A stretch of DNA of 64,000 nucleotides from Candidatus Binatia bacterium (GCA_963666515.2 OY762897.2:1504001-1568000), one strand, 5' to 3'. Counted from the stretch's first letter, positions 19,123-30,324 are shown. Translations and numbers: made by a program. The notes: generated by a model from the sequence alone, not told the origin.

Positions 19123-19544
19123 ATCGACAACCCCTTCCGTTCGGACAATCCTTCCAGGCCGCGGTCCCGGAGCTCCCGGATCAGCGGCAGGTCTCCCTCG
19201 AGAAAATCCAACCCTTCCAACTCATGGGCGGCCACCCACGCGATGCGCCGGAACACCCGGTTGCGCGGCTCGCCGCGGTACGCCTGCACCGCGAAGAAGG
19301 CCAGCTCCACCCGGGTCCCGCCGGCGTAGACGTGGACGTGCCGGAACACTTCCCGGGCGCTCTCCACCTCGACGTCCAGCTCCTCCCTCAGCTCCCTCGC
19401 GAGGGCCGCGCGCGCGTCCTCGCCGGCTTCGATCTTGCCGCCCGGGAACTCCCACTTGTGCGGGAACGCGGCGTCGCCCCGGCGCTGGCAGACCAGGAAC
19501 CGGCCGCCTCTGCACAGAATTCCTGCCGCCACCCGGAGCGTCAT
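19119..19544 (-). CDS. mutT: NUDIX hydrolase, MutT-like
   Basis: WEFPGGKIEAGEDARAALARELREEL Nudix box; start MTLRVAAG. Confidence 0.85.
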   Translation of the reverse strand: MTLRVAAGILCRGGRFLVCQRRGDAAFPHKWEFPGGKIEAGEDARAALARELREELDVEVESAREVFRHVHVYAGGTRVELAFFAVQAYRGEPRNRVFRRIAWVAAHELEGLDFLEGDLPLIRELRDRGLEGLSERKGLSI

Positions 19545-19546
19545 GC

Positions 19547-20923
19547 TCAACCGGCGGGAGCCTGGCGCGGCGTCCCCGGCGCGTCTTCCTTCGGGCGGCT
19601 CAGCTTGCCGGTGACGTTGTCCCGAATCCACTTGGGGTCCCACCACTCCAGGGGCAGCACCGCCACGCCCTGGATGTAGACGCCGTAATGGAGATGGTCG
19701 CCGATGGCCAAGCCGGTCTCGCCGGTGCGGCCGATCCTCGCCCCCTTCTTCACCACGGCGCCCGGCGCCACCGCCACCGAGCTGAGGTGGGAGTACAGGC
19801 TGCACAGCCCGAGGCCGTGGTCGATGATCACGGTATTGCCGTAGATTCCCAGCGCGCCCGCGAACCTCACGACGCCGCTGTTGGCCGCCCCCACCGGATA
19901 GCGCCGGGTCACCGCCAGGTCGTAGCCCAGGTGCCGCGCCTCGTCGATCTTCCGGTCCCGGTAGTAGTACGAGCGGTGATCGGCGAAGTTGGCCTGTACC
20001 GAGGAATTGGGGAGCTGGGTGAAGCGCCCCCTCCACAGCTTTCTCGGCGCGGAATCCTGGCAGATCTTCCGTATGGTATCCTCGTTCACCTGCCGCAGGT
20101 CGTGATTCACCCGTAGAAACTGGTCCCGCGGAGTGCCGCCCGCACCGCCGGCCTCGGATGCCAGCGGCACGATCTTGCGCTGGATGAACTCCTCCGACAC
20201 CTGCACCTTCACCCGCCGGTACCGGAGCGGCCTCACGTTGTACACGAGCGCGAACTCCCGCGCGTTGCCGGCGTGGTCCTCGGCGAAGATCCGGGCGCGC
20301 TCACCGACCGGAACGTCGTAAGGGTGGGAGAAGAACGCCACCGACACGTTGCGGTCCGGCACATGCCCCTGGTAGCCGGGAAAGAAGTAGCTGCCGATCC
20401 GGATCCCGCTGCGTTCCGTATCCGTGGACGTCTTGTACGCCACCACGCCGGAGCCGCCCTGGGTCACGTAACGGTCCCCGGACACGACGTCTACCGTGGG
20501 CGGCCTGAAATCCACCGTCACGGCCTTCTCGAAGGTGGTCCGGTTGCCCCTGAAGAAACTCCAGTAGGAGCGGTCGACCGCGGTGACCGTCAGGACGCCG
20601 GGGCCGTCCTTCAGCTTGTGCCGCACGGGGTCGAGCTGCACCGGGACCTCGAAAAACCCGGGAAAGTCCTCGAACTCCCTGAAATAGACCGGGCTGGATT
20701 CCCCGCCCGCCTTCAGATCGATGGAGACGTACGCAAGCCCCTTGCCCCGGTCACGGACGTTGACGACGAAAGGACGGCGGCCCAGCACGGGCCTTTCCAG
20801 CCCCACCTGGATCCGCGGCGGGTACCACTCGAACTGGCGGAAGACGAACAGGCCCGCGGCCACCAGCGCCACCGCCAGGATGACGGCGCCTCCCATGCCG
20901 GTCAATCTTTTCGGCAGCATCAT
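19547..20923 (-). CDS. M23 family metallopeptidase
   Basis: N-terminal TM; HLGYD, YGNTVIIDHG, HLH. Confidence 0.9.
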   Translation of the reverse strand: MMLPKRLTGMGGAVILAVALVAAGLFVFRQFEWYPPRIQVGLERPVLGRRPFVVNVRDRGKGLAYVSIDLKAGGESSPVYFREFEDFPGFFEVPVQLDPVRHKLKDGPGVLTVTAVDRSYWSFFRGNRTTFEKAVTVDFRPPTVDVVSGDRYVTQGGSGVVAYKTSTDTERSGIRIGSYFFPGYQGHVPDRNVSVAFFSHPYDVPVGERARIFAEDHAGNAREFALVYNVRPLRYRRVKVQVSEEFIQRKIVPLASEAGGAGGTPRDQFLRVNHDLRQVNEDTIRKICQDSAPRKLWRGRFTQLPNSSVQANFADHRSYYYRDRKIDEARHLGYDLAVTRRYPVGAANSGVVRFAGALGIYGNTVIIDHGLGLCSLYSHLSSVAVAPGAVVKKGARIGRTGETGLAIGDHLHYGVYIQGVAVLPLEWWDPKWIRDNVTGKLSRPKEDAPGTPRQAPAG

Positions 20924-20983
20924 TGCGCTCCGGGGTCCCGCGGCGGATCGACGGTGCGTTGCGCGGCGCGGGCGGATCCGCCC

Positions 20984-22393
20984 CTACGGGGCCAGCTCCC
21001 ACGTGGTGCCGGACGGACCGTCCTTCAGCATGATCCCCTTTTCCTTCAAGGCGTCACGGATGTCGTCGGCCTGCTGCCAGTCCCTGGCCGTCCGCGCCCG
21101 GTTGCGTTCCTCGATGAGTTGCGTGATCTCGTCCTCGGAGAGCGCCCGGCGCACGAGCCCTGCCCTCCGCCTCTCCTCCAGGAACCGTTCGGGAGCCTCC
21201 TGCATGAGCCCCAGCACATCGGACATGGCCCGCAACGCGTTCCGCCGGGCGTCGAGACCGCTGCCTTGTCCGCGGTCGAGCAGCCGGTTGACGGCGCGAA
21301 GCTCCTCGAACACCACCGCCAAGGCCCTAGACGTGTTGAAGTCGTCGTCCATTTCCGCGCGGAAGTCTTCCATGGGGCCGGGGTCCACGTTTTCCGAAGG
21401 GCCGAGGTCGCGGTCCGCCCGGCTCACGGTTTCGTAGATGCGCGCCGCGGTCCGCTGGGCCTCCGCCAGGGCATCTTCGGAGAACTCGATGGGATTCCGG
21501 TAGTGGGTGGTCAGCATGTAGAGACGCAGGGCCGCGGCATCGTAACGCTCCAGCACGTCCTTGATGCTGAGGATGTTTCCGGTGGACTTTGACATCTTCT
21601 CCCGGGCGAGCTGGACGAAACCATTATGGATCCAGTAGCGCGCGAAAGGCGCTCCCGCGGCGCACTCGGACTGGGCGATCTCGTTCTCGTTGTGGGGGAA
21701 GACCAGGTCCTGTCCGCCTCCGTGGATGTCGAACGGCTGGCCGAGGTACTTGGTGCTCATGGCCGAGCACTCGATGTGCCAGCCGGGCCGGCCCCTGCCC
21801 CAGGGACTCTCCCAGAACGGCTCCCCCTCCTTGCTCGCCTTCCACAGCGCGAAGTCCATGGGGTGCCGCTTGCGGTCGTCCACGTCGACGCGTGCGCCGG
21901 CAGTCATCTCGTCGAGGCTCCGGCTCGACAGTTTGCCGTATCCCTGAAAACTCTCCACTGCGAAATAGACGTCGCCTGCGACTTCATAGGCGTGGCCGCG
22001 TTCCACCAACGTGGAGATGATGGCGATCATCTCCGGTATGTGCTCGGTGGCGCGGGGCTCCAGCGAAGGCTCCAGCAGCCCCAGGGCGGCGGCGGCGCGG
22101 TGGAACTCGTCGATGTAGCGCTGCGACACCTCCTCGGGCGAGACCCCCTCCTCGCGCGCCCGGTTGATGATCTTGTCGTCCACGTCGGTGAAGTTCCTGA
22201 CGAAGCGGCAGTCGAAGCCGAGAAAGCGCAGGTAACGGTAGATGACGTCGAAGGTCAGCAAGGCCCGGGCATGGCCGATGTGGCAGTGGTCGTAGACGGT
22301 CACGCCGCACACGTACATGGCGACGGCATCCTGTTTCAGGGGGGTGAACGGCTCTTTCCTGCCGCTCATGGTGTTGGTGATGAAAAGAGCCAT
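20984..22393 (-). CDS. cysS: Cysteine--tRNA ligase
   Basis: [30 protein letters not shown]. Confidence 0.98.
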   Translation of the reverse strand: MALFITNTMSGRKEPFTPLKQDAVAMYVCGVTVYDHCHIGHARALLTFDVIYRYLRFLGFDCRFVRNFTDVDDKIINRAREEGVSPEEVSQRYIDEFHRAAAALGLLEPSLEPRATEHIPEMIAIISTLVERGHAYEVAGDVYFAVESFQGYGKLSSRSLDEMTAGARVDVDDRKRHPMDFALWKASKEGEPFWESPWGRGRPGWHIECSAMSTKYLGQPFDIHGGGQDLVFPHNENEIAQSECAAGAPFARYWIHNGFVQLAREKMSKSTGNILSIKDVLERYDAAALRLYMLTTHYRNPIEFSEDALAEAQRTAARIYETVSRADRDLGPSENVDPGPMEDFRAEMDDDFNTSRALAVVFEELRAVNRLLDRGQGSGLDARRNALRAMSDVLGLMQEAPERFLEERRRAGLVRRALSEDEITQLIEERNRARTARDWQQADDIRDALKEKGIMLKDGPSGTTWELAP

Positions 22394-22504
22394 GCGGGTT
22401 CATCTTACGTGACGCCGTGGCATTTGCAAAACGCGGCGCCGGCGCCGCGCCGCGGCCGGAGCCAGGGTTGCGAAAGCGGGAAAAAACGCATACACGATGA
22501 CCCC

Positions 22505-24160
22505 ATGACCAACCCAAGACCCTACGAGGATCTCCGCGAATTCCTCGCCGTGCTGGAGGACGCCGGCAAGCTCGTCCGCATCACCCGGGAAGTCAACAAG
22601 GACACCGAGTTGCAGCCGCTGGTACGCCTGCAATTCCGCGGACTTCCGGACGAGCAGCGCAAGGCGTTCCTGTTCGAGAACGTGACCGACTCCAAGGGCC
22701 GCCGCTACGAGGGATCGGTGCTGGTGGGAGGCCTCTCCGGCTCCACCACCATCTACAGCCTGGGGCTCCAGTGCCGCCCGGAGGAGGTGCCGGACCGCTG
22801 GGTCGAGGCCATGGAGAACCCGATCCCGCCGGTAATGGTGCCCCACGGACCCGTCATGGAGGTGGTCCACAAGGGCGACGACCTCGCCGCCAGCGGCGGC
22901 TTCGCCCGGTTTCCCATTCCCATCTCGACCCCCGGCTTCGACAACGGACCCTACATCACCGCGGGACACTGGATCACCAAGGACCCGGAGACCGGCGCGC
23001 GCAACGTCGGCAACTACCGGGGCCTGGTGAAGTCTCCGCTCCGGTGCGGCGCCAACTCGGGCACTCCCCAGGACCTGTCGCGCCACTGGGAGAAGTGCCG
23101 CGAGCGGGGCATCCCGCTGGAGGTGGCCATCGCCGTGGGCACGGTGCCCGCGGCCTCGTACACGGCCACCCAGAAGGTGCCCCCGGACATGGACGAGCTG
23201 GCCCTGGCCGGCGGCCTCGCCCGCACTCCCGTCCAGCTCGTCAAGTGCCAGACCGTGGACCTGGAGGTGCCGGCCACCTCCGAGGTGGTGTTCGAGGGCA
23301 TCATCCCCACCAACTACCTGGAGGAGGAAGGCCCCTTCGGCGAGTCCATGGGCTACGTCGATCCCCGGACCATCGGCCCGGTGATGGAGCTGACCTGCGT
23401 GACGCACCGGAAGGACCCCATCTGGGTCTCCATCATCAGCCAGGTGACGCCCAGCGAAAGCTCGAAGATCAAGGCCATGGGCATGAGCACGCTGGTGCAC
23501 CGCTACCTCACCCGCAAGGGCTTCGAGTCGGTGAAGGAAGTCTACATGATGGAGGAGCTGGTCAACATGCGGCCCTACGTCGCCGTCCGCATGGACAAGA
23601 AGGACGACGGCGAGCCCCGGCGGGTCATGGACGCCGTGCTGCAATACGGTGACCGGGTGGGCAAGTTCATCGTGGCCGTGGACGAGGACATCAACGTCAA
23701 CGATCCCGTGGCCGTGACCTGGGCCATCACGCACCGCTGCCAGCCCCACAAGGACGTGACCATCGTTCCCGACCGGCCCTTCGGCGCCACCCCCATCGGC
23801 ATGGTGGTGAGCCACCCCTCGAGCCGCTACGACGGCACCGATTCGGCGCTCCTGATCGACGCCACCCGCAAGGCCGACCTGCCGCCGCTGTCCTTGCCCA
23901 AGAAGCCCTACATGGAACGGGCGGTGGAGCTGTGGAAAGAACTCGAGTTACCTGAGCTGCAGCTCAAGGAGCCGTGGCACGGCTACCTCATGGGCCTGTG
24001 GCCCGACGAGCTGGACGAGGAAGCGCGCATGGCGGCCGAGGGCGACTACGAGAAGGTGGGCGAGAAGCTCGAGGGCACGCGCGTCAGCGTCGGCGAGGGG
24101 CAGACCCTAAAGTCCATCCGCCTGGAATGGGGCAAGACCCACGCCGGGCGGTCGGTGTGA
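22505..24160 (+). CDS. UbiD family (prFMN-dependent) decarboxylase
   Basis: DLREFL..LE..GKL, NVGNYR, EGPFGE, VDEDINV, IDATRK. Confidence 0.92.
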   Translation: MTNPRPYEDLREFLAVLEDAGKLVRITREVNKDTELQPLVRLQFRGLPDEQRKAFLFENVTDSKGRRYEGSVLVGGLSGSTTIYSLGLQCRPEEVPDRWVEAMENPIPPVMVPHGPVMEVVHKGDDLAASGGFARFPIPISTPGFDNGPYITAGHWITKDPETGARNVGNYRGLVKSPLRCGANSGTPQDLSRHWEKCRERGIPLEVAIAVGTVPAASYTATQKVPPDMDELALAGGLARTPVQLVKCQTVDLEVPATSEVVFEGIIPTNYLEEEGPFGESMGYVDPRTIGPVMELTCVTHRKDPIWVSIISQVTPSESSKIKAMGMSTLVHRYLTRKGFESVKEVYMMEELVNMRPYVAVRMDKKDDGEPRRVMDAVLQYGDRVGKFIVAVDEDINVNDPVAVTWAITHRCQPHKDVTIVPDRPFGATPIGMVVSHPSSRYDGTDSALLIDATRKADLPPLSLPKKPYMERAVELWKELELPELQLKEPWHGYLMGLWPDELDEEARMAAEGDYEKVGEKLEGTRVSVGEGQTLKSIRLEWGKTHAGRSV

Positions 24161-24176
24161 CGGATCGAGGGCAACG

Positions 24177-24731
24177 ATGAAAAGAGAACTGGTACTGAAC
24201 GTCAACGGCGAGGAGCACGACATCGAGATCGAGCCCAACCGCCTGCTGCTGGAGGCCCTGCGCGAGGACGTGGGGCTGACCGGCACCAAGGAGGGCTGCA
24301 GCATCGGCGTGTGCGGCGCCTGCAGCGTGATCGTCGACGGCCGGCTGGTGAGCGCCTGCCTGACGCTGGCCGCGGCCTGCGAGGGAAAGAAGATCGAGAC
24401 CATCGAAGGGCTGGCCCAGGACGGCGAGCTGCACCCGCTCCAGCGCGCCTTCGTGCAGTACGGCGGTTTCCAGTGCGGCATCTGCACCCCGGGCCAGATC
24501 ATGGCCGCCAAGGCGCTGCTGGACCACAACCCGAACCCCACCGCCGACCAAGTCAAGGAATGGATGTCGGCCAACCTGTGCCGCTGCACGGGCTACTACA
24601 AGATACTGGAGTCGGTCATGGCGGTGGTGGAAGGCAAGGTGGACGAGGGCGGCCAGGGCGAAGCCGTGCGCGAAGCCCGCATCCAGAGCCTCTACAAATC
24701 GGACACCTACAAGAGCGACGCCTCCGACTAG
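24177..24731 (+). CDS. Xanthine dehydrogenase family 2Fe-2S subunit (CoxS-like)
   Basis: GCSIGVCGAC, QCGICTPG, LCRCTGY. Confidence 0.95.
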   Translation: MKRELVLNVNGEEHDIEIEPNRLLLEALREDVGLTGTKEGCSIGVCGACSVIVDGRLVSACLTLAAACEGKKIETIEGLAQDGELHPLQRAFVQYGGFQCGICTPGQIMAAKALLDHNPNPTADQVKEWMSANLCRCTGYYKILESVMAVVEGKVDEGGQGEAVREARIQSLYKSDTYKSDASD

Positions 24732-24773
24732 GGGTCGCGCGCCGGTGAAACGGCCGCCGTCTTTGGGGGAAAC

Positions 24774-27062
24774 ATGAGCAAGGCAGAAAACTACGCGGTG
24801 CTGGGCCGGAACTTCGACCGCTTCGAGGGCCACGACAAGGTGACGGGAAGCGCGGCCTATGTGGCCGACGTCTTCCTGCCGGGGATGCTGACGGGGCGGA
24901 TCCTGAGGAGTCCCCTGCCCCACGCCCGCATCCGCAACATCGACACCAGCCGGGCGGAGAAGCTGCGCGGGGTCAAGGCCGTGGTGACCGCAGAAGACAC
25001 CATCAAGAAGGGCTGGGGCGTCTTCTTCCCCGACCAGTACCCGCTGTCGGTGGGCAAGGCCCGGTACGTCGGCGAGGAGGTGGCCGCGGTTGCGGCCATC
25101 GACCGCGACACCGCGGAGGAGGCGCTGGAGCTGATCGACGTGGACTGGGAGGAGTTGCCGGCGGTGTTCGACGCCGCGGAGGCCATGGAGCCCGACGCGC
25201 CTCTGATCCACGAGGAGAAGGAGAACAACATCGCCCTCACCATCGACGTGGTGCGGGGCGACATCGACGCCGCCTTCAAGGACTCGGACCTGGTGGTGGA
25301 GGACACCTTCGAGAGCGTCCCTCAGTGGCACTCGGCCATCGAGACCATCGGCAGCGTCGCCGACTACTCGGCCAACGGCAAGTACACGGTCTACATGAAC
25401 ACCCAGACGCTGTTCATGGCGCGCATGCGCCTGGCCACCGCCCTGGGCGTGCGCGAGGCCGACGTGCGCGTCATCCAGACCGCGGTGGGCGGCGGCTTCG
25501 GCGGCAAGTCCTGCGACGACAACAACGCCATGGTGGCGGCGATCCTGGCGCGCAAGGCGCGCCGCCCGGTGAAGATCATCAACACCCGGGAGGAGGAGTT
25601 CCTGGCCGGAAGCCGTCCGCGGGTGAACATGAAGGTGTGGGTGCGCATGGGCTTCAAGAGCGACGGCCGCATCCGCGCCAAGCACATGCGCATCATCGCC
25701 GACAACGGCGCCTACAGCGGCAAGGCGCCGGCCATCACCGGCGTGGCCGCGCTGCGCCACGACACTTGCTACAAGTACTCGGACGTGCGCTCCGAGGCCT
25801 ACCTGGTCTACACCAACAAGATCCCCACCGGCGCCTTCCGGGGCTTCGGCAACCCCTCCGCGGAGTTCTCCGTGGAGCAGATGATGGACATCGCTGCGGA
25901 CGAGCTGGGCATGGACCCCTTCGAGATGGCGCGCCTCAATGCCGCGGAGGAGGGCTACGTCTCGCCCCACGGCAACCGGGTCATAAGCTGCGAGCTGCGC
26001 CAGTGCATCGACCGCACCGAGCGCATGATCGGGTGGAAGGAGAAGCGCGCCGAGCGCAAGCCCAACCGTGGCCTGGGTATGGGCTGCACCGTGCACGTGA
26101 GCGGCAAGCGCCACTTCGGCGACTACGACGGCAGCTCGGCCACCATCAAGATGAACGAGGACGGGAAAGCCTTCATCCTGAGCGGCGAGGGCGAGACCGG
26201 CCAGGGGCACTGGACCGCCATGTGCCAGATCGCCGCGGAGGAGCTGGGCGTCCCCTTCTCCGACGTGGCCATCTCCGAGGCCGACACCGACCTCACCACC
26301 TTCTGCCTCGGCAACTACGCCAGCCGCCTCACCTACGTCGCCGGCAACGCGGTGAAGAACGCCGCCACTGCGGTCAAGGAGATCCTGCACGAAACCGCCG
26401 CGGAGATGCTGGAGTGCGACCCCGGGGACCTGGTGTCGCGGGACGGCTTCATCTTCGTCAAGGGCGCGGAGCAGCGCTCCATCAGCGTGGCCGACGTGGT
26501 GCGCGGGCGGCAGTTCCGGCGCGGCGGCGCGCCGGTGGTGGCGTCGGGCAGCTTCGACGCCGACTCGGTGAGCCAGGACGCCCTCCGCTACGGCAACGAG
26601 TCCGGCGCCTACAACTTCGGCGCCCAGGCCGCGGAGGTGGAGGTGGACCCGGACACGGGCCACGTCAAGGTGATCCAGTACGCGGTGGCGTCGGACTGTG
26701 GCACGGTGATCTATCCCATCGGTGCCGAAGGGCAGGTGGAGGGCTCCATCGCCCAGGGGCTGGGCTACGCGCTCATCGAGGGCATCCGCATGGAGGAAGG
26801 CCGTCCGGTCAACCCCAACTTCAGCGACTACCGGCTGGCGTCCATGCGCGACATGCCCGACCTGGTGCACGAGTTCGCCGACTCCTACGAGCCCACGGGC
26901 CCCTTCGGCGCCAAGGGCCTGGGCGAGCTGGGCATGGACCCGGTGGCAGCCATCATCAGCAACGCCATCTACGACGCCGTGGGCGTGCGCATCCGGACCC
27001 TACCCATCACCGCGGAAAAGGTGCTGCGCGCCCTGCAGGAAAAGAAGAAGAACGGGGGCTGA
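24774..27062 (+). CDS. Xanthine dehydrogenase family molybdopterin-binding subunit
   Basis: KVTG, GGGFGGK, GAFRGFG, ETGQG, GQVEG, AKGLGE. Confidence 0.95.
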   Translation: MSKAENYAVLGRNFDRFEGHDKVTGSAAYVADVFLPGMLTGRILRSPLPHARIRNIDTSRAEKLRGVKAVVTAEDTIKKGWGVFFPDQYPLSVGKARYVGEEVAAVAAIDRDTAEEALELIDVDWEELPAVFDAAEAMEPDAPLIHEEKENNIALTIDVVRGDIDAAFKDSDLVVEDTFESVPQWHSAIETIGSVADYSANGKYTVYMNTQTLFMARMRLATALGVREADVRVIQTAVGGGFGGKSCDDNNAMVAAILARKARRPVKIINTREEEFLAGSRPRVNMKVWVRMGFKSDGRIRAKHMRIIADNGAYSGKAPAITGVAALRHDTCYKYSDVRSEAYLVYTNKIPTGAFRGFGNPSAEFSVEQMMDIAADELGMDPFEMARLNAAEEGYVSPHGNRVISCELRQCIDRTERMIGWKEKRAERKPNRGLGMGCTVHVSGKRHFGDYDGSSATIKMNEDGKAFILSGEGETGQGHWTAMCQIAAEELGVPFSDVAISEADTDLTTFCLGNYASRLTYVAGNAVKNAATAVKEILHETAAEMLECDPGDLVSRDGFIFVKGAEQRSISVADVVRGRQFRRGGAPVVASGSFDADSVSQDALRYGNESGAYNFGAQAAEVEVDPDTGHVKVIQYAVASDCGTVIYPIGAEGQVEGSIAQGLGYALIEGIRMEEGRPVNPNFSDYRLASMRDMPDLVHEFADSYEPTGPFGAKGLGELGMDPVAAIISNAIYDAVGVRIRTLPITAEKVLRALQEKKKNGG

Positions 27063-27066
27063 AAAC

Positions 27067-27930
27067 ATGCGAGCCAAGTTCGACTACCTCGCGCCCACGA
27101 GCCTCGACGAGGCCTGCGCGCTGCTTCAGGAGCACGAGGGCGACGCCAAGCTCCTGGCGGGAGGCACCGCCCTGGTGATGTGGCTGCGCATGGGGCTTCT
27201 GAGCCCCGGCTACGTCATCGACCTGGAGAACGTGCCGGGACTCGACGGCATCAGCTACGACCCGGCCGACGGCCTGCGCATCGGCGCAGGCGTGAAGCAC
27301 CGGGACCTGGAGATGTGCCCGGAGGTGCAGGAGCACTATCCCCTGCTCCGGGAAACCTTCTACAAGGTGGCGCAGCCTCGCATCCGCCTCATGGCCACCG
27401 TGGGCGGCAACCTCAGCCACGGCGATCCGATGACCGATCCCGGCGCGAGCTTCATGGCCCTGGACGCCGAAGTGACGCTGTGCAGCAGCCGCGGCGAGCG
27501 CACCCTGTCGGTGGAAGACTTCTTCGTCGACTACTACGAGACCGCGCTGGAGCCCGACGAGCTCCTCACCTCGGTCCACGTGCCGCCGCCCGCGGAAGCG
27601 GTGTGGTCTCACATCAAGTTCACCCCGCGCAGCGAGGAAGACTTCGCCACCGTGGGCGTCGCGGTAACCATGACCGGCGAGGGCAGCCGGTGCGACGACG
27701 TGCGCATCGCCCTCAACTCCGTCGGCCCCACCATCTTCCGCGCCCACGCCGCGGAAGACGTGCTGCGCGGCCGGGACCTGAGCCCCGCGCGGATCGAGGA
27801 GGCGGGCGCAGCCGCCGCGGACGCGTCCGACCCCATCGAAGACGTGCGCGGCTCGCCCGACTACAAACGCGAACTGACCGCGGTGTTCGTGCGCCGGGCC
27901 CTGGAGCAGGCGGCGGCCCGGCTGGGGTGA
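27067..27930 (+). CDS. Xanthine dehydrogenase family FAD-binding subunit (CoxM-like)
   Basis: LAGGTAL, IRLMATVGGN, DVRGSPDYK; ATG 4 nt after the Mo-subunit stop. Confidence 0.93.
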   Translation: MRAKFDYLAPTSLDEACALLQEHEGDAKLLAGGTALVMWLRMGLLSPGYVIDLENVPGLDGISYDPADGLRIGAGVKHRDLEMCPEVQEHYPLLRETFYKVAQPRIRLMATVGGNLSHGDPMTDPGASFMALDAEVTLCSSRGERTLSVEDFFVDYYETALEPDELLTSVHVPPPAEAVWSHIKFTPRSEEDFATVGVAVTMTGEGSRCDDVRIALNSVGPTIFRAHAAEDVLRGRDLSPARIEEAGAAAADASDPIEDVRGSPDYKRELTAVFVRRALEQAAARLG

Positions 27931-27981
27931 CCCCGGGCATCCAGGAATGATCCCCCAAACCTGCTGCCGATACCGCCTTTC

Positions 27982-28293
27982 TCACATCGCGGGCTGCGGC
28001 CGGTAGCGTTGGACATGGATCCGGTCCTGATGCTTGCGTACCTGCACGAGATCGTAGGTAGCTTGGCGTCGCAGCCAGAACTCGGCATTCGACCAGCCTG
28101 CCTTTTCCAGCCGGAGCGCCATCTCCGGAGAGATCGCCGCGTGGCCGTTGAGAACCCGGGATAGGGTGTGACGGGCGACGCCCAGCACCCGCGCTGCTTC
28201 GGTCACGCTCAAACCGAGCGGTTCAAGACAGTTCTCGCGGATGCTGCGTCCGGGATGCGGAGGATCGATCATCGTCATACTCATGCCTCCCAT
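27982..28293 (-). CDS. higA: HigA family antitoxin
   Basis: [34 protein letters not shown]. Confidence 0.92.
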   Translation of the reverse strand: MGGMSMTMIDPPHPGRSIRENCLEPLGLSVTEAARVLGVARHTLSRVLNGHAAISPEMALRLEKAGWSNAEFWLRRQATYDLVQVRKHQDRIHVQRYRPQPAM

Positions 28294-28571
28294 TAGTGGT
28301 AGTCGGTCAGGTCGACGTCGTAAGCGTCACCGTCCTCGATGCGAAATGTCACTCGCCAGTTGCCAGAGATCGAGATGCTCCAGTACCCCTTGAGATCGCC
28401 TTTCAGCGGGTGAAGCCGGTAGCCGGGCAGATCGAGGTCCGAAGGCTTGCGGGCATCGTCGAGATCGGCCAGCGCCAGCGCGACACGGTCCGAGAGATCG
28501 GACCCCACCCTGCTCACATCCCCGCGCTCATACATCCTCCTGAGCCCTCGATGACGAAAGCTTCGGATCAT
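28293..28571 (-). CDS. higB: HigB/RelE family toxin
   Basis: [37 protein letters not shown]. Confidence 0.93.
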   Translation of the reverse strand: MIRSFRHRGLRRMYERGDVSRVGSDLSDRVALALADLDDARKPSDLDLPGYRLHPLKGDLKGYWSISISGNWRVTFRIEDGDAYDVDLTDYH

Positions 28572-28579
28572 GATTTCTC

Positions 28580-28598
28580 TGTACCGCATACCGGTACA
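28580..28598. promoter_or_regulatory. Palindromic operator upstream of higBA
   Basis: TGTACCG-CATAC-CGGTACA. Confidence 0.5.
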
Positions 28599-28717
28599 CA
28601 TATCAATCGGAAGGAGCGGTCTTGACCGTCCGAGTCAACACCTGTATCAACACCAAGAATCGACATGGAGCGTAGGGCTGCGCAGATGTGACGGATCGGA
28701 TACGAGGGAACTCACAC

Positions 28718-30295
28718 GTGGACGAAAACTGGGACGTCATCCTCATCGGCGCGGGGCAGAACAACTTCGCGCTGGGCACCTACCTGGGCATGGCGGGCCT
28801 CGAGACCGTCATCTGCGAGAGCCGGCTGGAGAACGGCGGGCGGCTCTTCTCCGAGGAGATCACCCTGCCCGGCTACTGGCACAACAGCCTCGCCTACTTC
28901 CAAGACAACCGTGAGGTCTCGCCGGTGTGGCGGGAACTTGACTGGGAGAACGGACACCACGCCGAGTTCGTGACGCCGCCGGTGATCAGCTCGCTGCTGC
29001 TGCCCGGCGGCGCCTCGGTCTCCCATCACCAGGACCTGGACGGCACGCTGGCTTCGCTGGCGCATCACTCCGCTGCGGACCGGGCCGCCTGGAAGGACGC
29101 GCACGAGCGGTTTCGCGGCATCGTCCGGGACATCGTGATCCCATCGTACTATGCTCCGCCCGAGGCTCCGGGCGCGCTGGAGGAGCGCATCGCCGCGGAC
29201 CCCGCGGGTTCCGACTTCCTGCGCCTCGCGCACATGAGCGCCGCAGAAGCCACGGAGCATCTCTTCGAAAGCGATGCCGTGCGCACCCTGGTACTGTCGC
29301 AGATGGCCATCCCGCGCGGCTGGGCGCCGGACTACGAGGGCGGCGGACGCGAAGTGCTGGCCCTCATCGCCGGCGACGAGCGGCCGCAGCTCGCGCGCGG
29401 CGGCTCCCACTCCATTGCCCAGGTGCTGCAACGCGCCTACGTGATGCACGGCGGCCAGATCCGCGCGCTGCACCACGTGGACAGGATCCTGGTGGAAGAC
29501 GGACGCGCGGTGGGCGTGCGGCTGCGCGACGGACGGGAGTGGAAGGCGCGGCGGGCGGTGGTGTCCAACGTGGACCCCCACGGCACCTTCATCGACATGG
29601 TGGGCGAAGAGCACCTGGACGGCGGCTTCGCGCAGGCCGTGCGCGCCATCGAGCCCGACGAGTTCTCCTACTTCCAGGTGCATCTGGCGCTCAAGGCGCC
29701 CTTGCGCTTCGCCGTGCACGAGGCCGCGGACGGCGCCGTGGGCCAGGCCATGAACGTCAACTACGGGCCCCGCTCCGTCAAGGACCTCCAGGCCATGTGG
29801 CGCGAGATCCGCGCCGGCGAGTTCCCGGAGCATCCCTGCCTGCACGTCACCTGCCCCACGTGGTTCGACGCGCTGCAGGCGCCCCCGGCCAAGCACACGG
29901 CGTCGGTGTTCATGCCGGTCCCCTACCAACTCAAGGGCCACCAGCCGGAGGATTGGGTCCGTCTCAAGGACGTCTTCATGGAGCAAGTGCTGTCGGCCCT
30001 GCGCGAAGTCGCCACCAACCTCACCGACGACAACATCGTGATGAAGGTGCCGATGGACCCGTGCTACCTGGCCGGGCGCTGGCAGAACATGCGCCGGGGC
30101 TCGGTGTGGGTGGCCCGGAAGACGCCGGACCAGATGGGCGACAACCGTCCGATCCCGCAACTGGCGCAATACCGCACGCCCATCCAGGGCCTCTACCAAG
30201 TGGGCGTGGCCACACACCCGGCGGACGCGGTCATCGCCGGCTCCGGGCGCGCGGCCTGGAGCGTCCTGCGGGAGGACCTGGGGCTGGGGACCTGA
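28718..30295 (+). CDS. Phytoene desaturase-like FAD-dependent oxidoreductase
   Basis: DVILIGAGQN, GGSHSIAQ, YRTPIQGLY, HPA; GTG start after GAGG. Confidence 0.85.
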   Translation: MDENWDVILIGAGQNNFALGTYLGMAGLETVICESRLENGGRLFSEEITLPGYWHNSLAYFQDNREVSPVWRELDWENGHHAEFVTPPVISSLLLPGGASVSHHQDLDGTLASLAHHSAADRAAWKDAHERFRGIVRDIVIPSYYAPPEAPGALEERIAADPAGSDFLRLAHMSAAEATEHLFESDAVRTLVLSQMAIPRGWAPDYEGGGREVLALIAGDERPQLARGGSHSIAQVLQRAYVMHGGQIRALHHVDRILVEDGRAVGVRLRDGREWKARRAVVSNVDPHGTFIDMVGEEHLDGGFAQAVRAIEPDEFSYFQVHLALKAPLRFAVHEAADGAVGQAMNVNYGPRSVKDLQAMWREIRAGEFPEHPCLHVTCPTWFDALQAPPAKHTASVFMPVPYQLKGHQPEDWVRLKDVFMEQVLSALREVATNLTDDNIVMKVPMDPCYLAGRWQNMRRGSVWVARKTPDQMGDNRPIPQLAQYRTPIQGLYQVGVATHPADAVIAGSGRAAWSVLREDLGLGT

Positions 30296-30324
30296 AGGAA
30301 CGGCAGCACGAAGGCGGGTGAACC

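Noticed and set aside
15784-19329. 1181-aa plus-strand ORF and similar long ORFs (3452-5680, 7454-10075, 24084-26870, 16859-19036)
   Set aside because: Antisense or alternate-frame shadows of motif-bearing genes, typical of high-GC DNA
24177-27930. Aerobic CO dehydrogenase or 4-hydroxybenzoyl-CoA reductase
   Set aside because: Active-site loop is AFRGFG, not AYxCSFR; the FAD subunit lacks the Cys-rich 4Fe-4S insert of HcrB
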